Of a stretch of DNA of 64,000 nt, positions 61,695-64,000 are shown one piece after another. A program made the translations under genes and the position numbers. The stretch's first letter is position 1; each line of letters opens with the position of its first letter. The notes below the pieces were generated by a model. That model was not told where the DNA came from. It made no database searches and saw only the letters and a program-made list of their open reading frames with translations. Source of the stretch: an uncultured delta proteobacterium (GTDB taxonomy: Bacteria; Desulfobacterota; Binatia; DP-6); contig CAWFFN010000005.1 of assembly GCA_963815115.1 (NCBI GenBank), positions 1,088,001 to 1,152,000 on the forward strand. Direction: 5' to 3'.

Positions 61695-62891
61695 CTACAC
61701 CTCACAGACGGCGATCGCCGGGGCGTCGCGGCGGGCCTTGTCGGTCGTGGTGGCCAGGTCGGCCAGGCGCCTGTAGGTGACGCGGTCGGGGTCGAGTCCG
61801 AGATCGGCAGCATCGGCCGGACCGAGGCGTTCCACCAGCGCCTTGGAGGCGAGAGCGCGCCCGCCGGTCGCACAGGCCTCGATGCGGGCGGTCTCGTTGA
61901 CCTCGTCGCCGAGGGCGGTGACCTCGGTGCGTCCGCTGGTCGCGACCTGCCCGACGTAGAGGGTCGACCCCCAGTGCAGCCCGAAGCGCAGAACGACCTC
62001 CTCGGTGGCGAGGTTGCTTCGCAGTGCGACGTCGGTGATCGCGTTCCTGAGTGCGCGCGCGGCGGCGATGCAGGCCCGGGCGGCGGCGGACTCCGAGCCG
62101 GCGGTCTCGGCGAGGAAGAAGGCCACCATGCCGTCGCCGATGTGCCGGCCCACGAGGCCGCCGGCGTCGATGATGCACTGATCGGCGGCGCGCGCGAGGC
62201 GGCGCCCGAGCGCAAAGTAGCTGGCCGTAGACAGGCGACGTGCGAGCGGCGACGAAGCTTCGAGGTCTGCGAACAGGATCGCCGCCGGGCGCCGGGCCGC
62301 CTTCGCGACCAGCTGCATGCGCTCGAAGTGCCGTAGATCGACTCCGACCGCGACCGTCGCGAGGATTGCCATGCCGGCTCCGGGCTTCGAGATCAGCGCG
62401 GTTCCCGCGCGCCGTCCCGCGGCATCGTGGACGCGCACCGCGGTGGTGAGGGCGTCGACCGGCGTGCCGAGGTGCATTCCCCGCCATGCGAACGAACGCG
62501 CCGGCGAGTCGTCGACGGGTGACATCCGATCGACCAGGTCGCGAAGCGCGGGGTGGACGAGCTGGCGCAGCTCGTCGCGGCCGCCCGCGGTATCGGCGAG
62601 GATCAGTCCGCCGAACGCGCCGAACAGGTCGCGCACCAGTTCCAGGGTGTTCGGACCGCTGCGCCACCGCAAGCGGATGCTCATCGCCTCGGATCCGAAG
62701 TAGTGCACCCCGAGGGCGACGGGTGCGAGATCGGTCAGGCCGCCGTAGATTCGACGCAGATCCTCGGTGCTGTAGACCAGCCGCCAGTCCCGGTCGACGA
62801 TCTCGGCCCAGTGACCCACGTCGCGCAGCGCTGCCGCCATGGCGGCGAGCGCCGGGTCCTCGGGCAGCGGGAGCGATCCCGGACCTTCCAT
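61695..62891 (-). CDS. Class III adenylate/guanylate cyclase domain protein
   Basis: ILFADLEASS, IGDG, RFGLHWG and LGDEVNETARIE motifs. Confidence 0.85.
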   Translation of the reverse strand: MEGPGSLPLPEDPALAAMAAALRDVGHWAEIVDRDWRLVYSTEDLRRIYGGLTDLAPVALGVHYFGSEAMSIRLRWRSGPNTLELVRDLFGAFGGLILADTAGGRDELRQLVHPALRDLVDRMSPVDDSPARSFAWRGMHLGTPVDALTTAVRVHDAAGRRAGTALISKPGAGMAILATVAVGVDLRHFERMQLVAKAARRPAAILFADLEASSPLARRLSTASYFALGRRLARAADQCIIDAGGLVGRHIGDGMVAFFLAETAGSESAAARACIAAARALRNAITDVALRSNLATEEVVLRFGLHWGSTLYVGQVATSGRTEVTALGDEVNETARIEACATGGRALASKALVERLGPADAADLGLDPDRVTYRRLADLATTTDKARRDAPAIAVCEV

Positions 62892-63043
62892 GGAGCGACT
62901 CTATAACCCAACCCATTTCCTTCGCTACGCGAGCAGGTCCGCAGTTCTGCCCGCTCATGGCCTACGATCGCGCGACCTTCTCGCTGCGGGCTTGACCCGC
63001 GGCCCGGAGCCGGCCCATGACGCATGGGCAGGAGGCGCTTCGC

Positions 63044-64000
63044 ATGGGATACGAGGTCTTGCGGTTCCCCTACGGCGGCACGATCGACGCGGACGGACAC
63101 GTCCTCGAGCCGGCGTGGCTCTGGGAGGAATACCTCGAGGAGCGCTTCCGGCCGCGCGCCATGCGGGTGCGCGCCGACGAGCGCGGGCTCGAGTACCTCG
63201 AGCTCGACGGGCGTCCCTCGGAGCGGACGAAGAACGGCGTGCTCGGGCTCATGGGAGCGATGGGTGATCCGGATGCCAAGCCGGGACCCGAGCGGCGTTA
63301 CATGGACCACGTGCCCTACGGCGCCGGCGACGCGGCCGAGCGCGTCGAGCTGCTCGCTCGCGAGAACCTGGAGAAGAGCGTCCTCTATCCCACGATCGGC
63401 CTGCTCTGGGAGTGCGAGGTGACGGATCCCGAGATCTCGATCGCGTACATGCGCGCCTACAACCGCTGGATCGCCGATTTCTGTCGCCCGACCGGTGGCC
63501 GCCTGGTGCCGATCGCGCACCTCACGCTGCTCGATCCCGGGGCGGCGGCCGCGGAGCTCGAGCGTGCGGTCGAGGACGGCTGCCGGGGCGCATTCCTCGC
63601 GCCGTTCACGCACAGCAGGAAGCCACACGGACATCCCGACCACGACGTGCTGTTCGCGAAGGCGTGCGCGCTCGACGTCCCCCTCGGCATTCACCCGACG
63701 TACGAGCCGGCCTGGGCGATGCCGGTGCGGTTCAAGGGGCTGGGGCGCTCGGGGGAGTTCTTCTACAACGTCATGCTGCGCCAGGGCGTGCAGCAGGCAT
63801 TCCTCTCCTTTTTCGCGCTCGGCACACTCGACCGCTTCCCGACCTTGCGCCTCGGCGTGCTCGAGGCCGGGTCGGGCTGGGTCGGCGCGTTCCTCGATCG
63901 CATGGACGCGATCCACGACACGATCTCGGCCAGCGGCGTGGCGCTGGCGATGAAGCCGTCGGATTACTTCCGCCGTCAGTGCTTCATCTCGGGCGATCCG
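63044..64000 (+). CDS. Amidohydrolase family protein (runs off the window)
   Basis: Read directly: MGYEVLRFPYGGTIDADGHVLEP, VLYPT, AYNRWIADFC, IHP, LEAGSGW; no stop before the window end. Confidence 0.88.
   Translation, partial: MGYEVLRFPYGGTIDADGHVLEPAWLWEEYLEERFRPRAMRVRADERGLEYLELDGRPSERTKNGVLGLMGAMGDPDAKPGPERRYMDHVPYGAGDAAERVELLARENLEKSVLYPTIGLLWECEVTDPEISIAYMRAYNRWIADFCRPTGGRLVPIAHLTLLDPGAAAAELERAVEDGCRGAFLAPFTHSRKPHGHPDHDVLFAKACALDVPLGIHPTYEPAWAMPVRFKGLGRSGEFFYNVMLRQGVQQAFLSFFALGTLDRFPTLRLGVLEAGSGWVGAFLDRMDAIHDTISASGVALAMKPSDYFRRQCFISGDP

Overview
GC-rich bacterial chromosomal segment with about 60 protein-coding genes and no rRNA, tRNA or CRISPR array that I can see. The gene content suggests a Candidatus Binatia / deltaproteobacterial-type organism (inference): many SDRs and amidohydrolases, PhyH dioxygenases, an F420 LLM, an RRM protein and Thr-linker secreted proteins. 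The left part holds a core cluster (dprA-topA-trmFO-ppx-glnE-ilvE) flanked by catabolic enzymes. The middle has envelope and stress genes: an LEA-like lipoprotein, two divergent L,D-transpeptidases, GST and katE. The right part is an accessory, partly eroded region: a VWA7-like secreted protein, Cys-rich secreted proteins, ppk2, mlaEFD-pqiC, ytcA-mdtNOP-like efflux genes and remnants of K-channel, SulP, STAS and qNor genes. It is followed by an intact IS1182-family element with a CTAG duplication and a nonsense-interrupted ABC transporter. Top leads: (1) a glycine-zipper lipoprotein with a 14-Pro rod and a C-terminal RRRGG next to two L,D-transpeptidases; (2) a palindromic MITE family whose ends match the IS1182 inverted repeats and which sits at TAG stop codons; (3) a probable leaderless-uORF attenuator upstream of an orphan gene; (4) a eukaryote-like VWA7/HET-C protein with a possible lineage-specific C-terminal anchoring domain. 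All family assignments come from motif recognition by eye, not from database searches.
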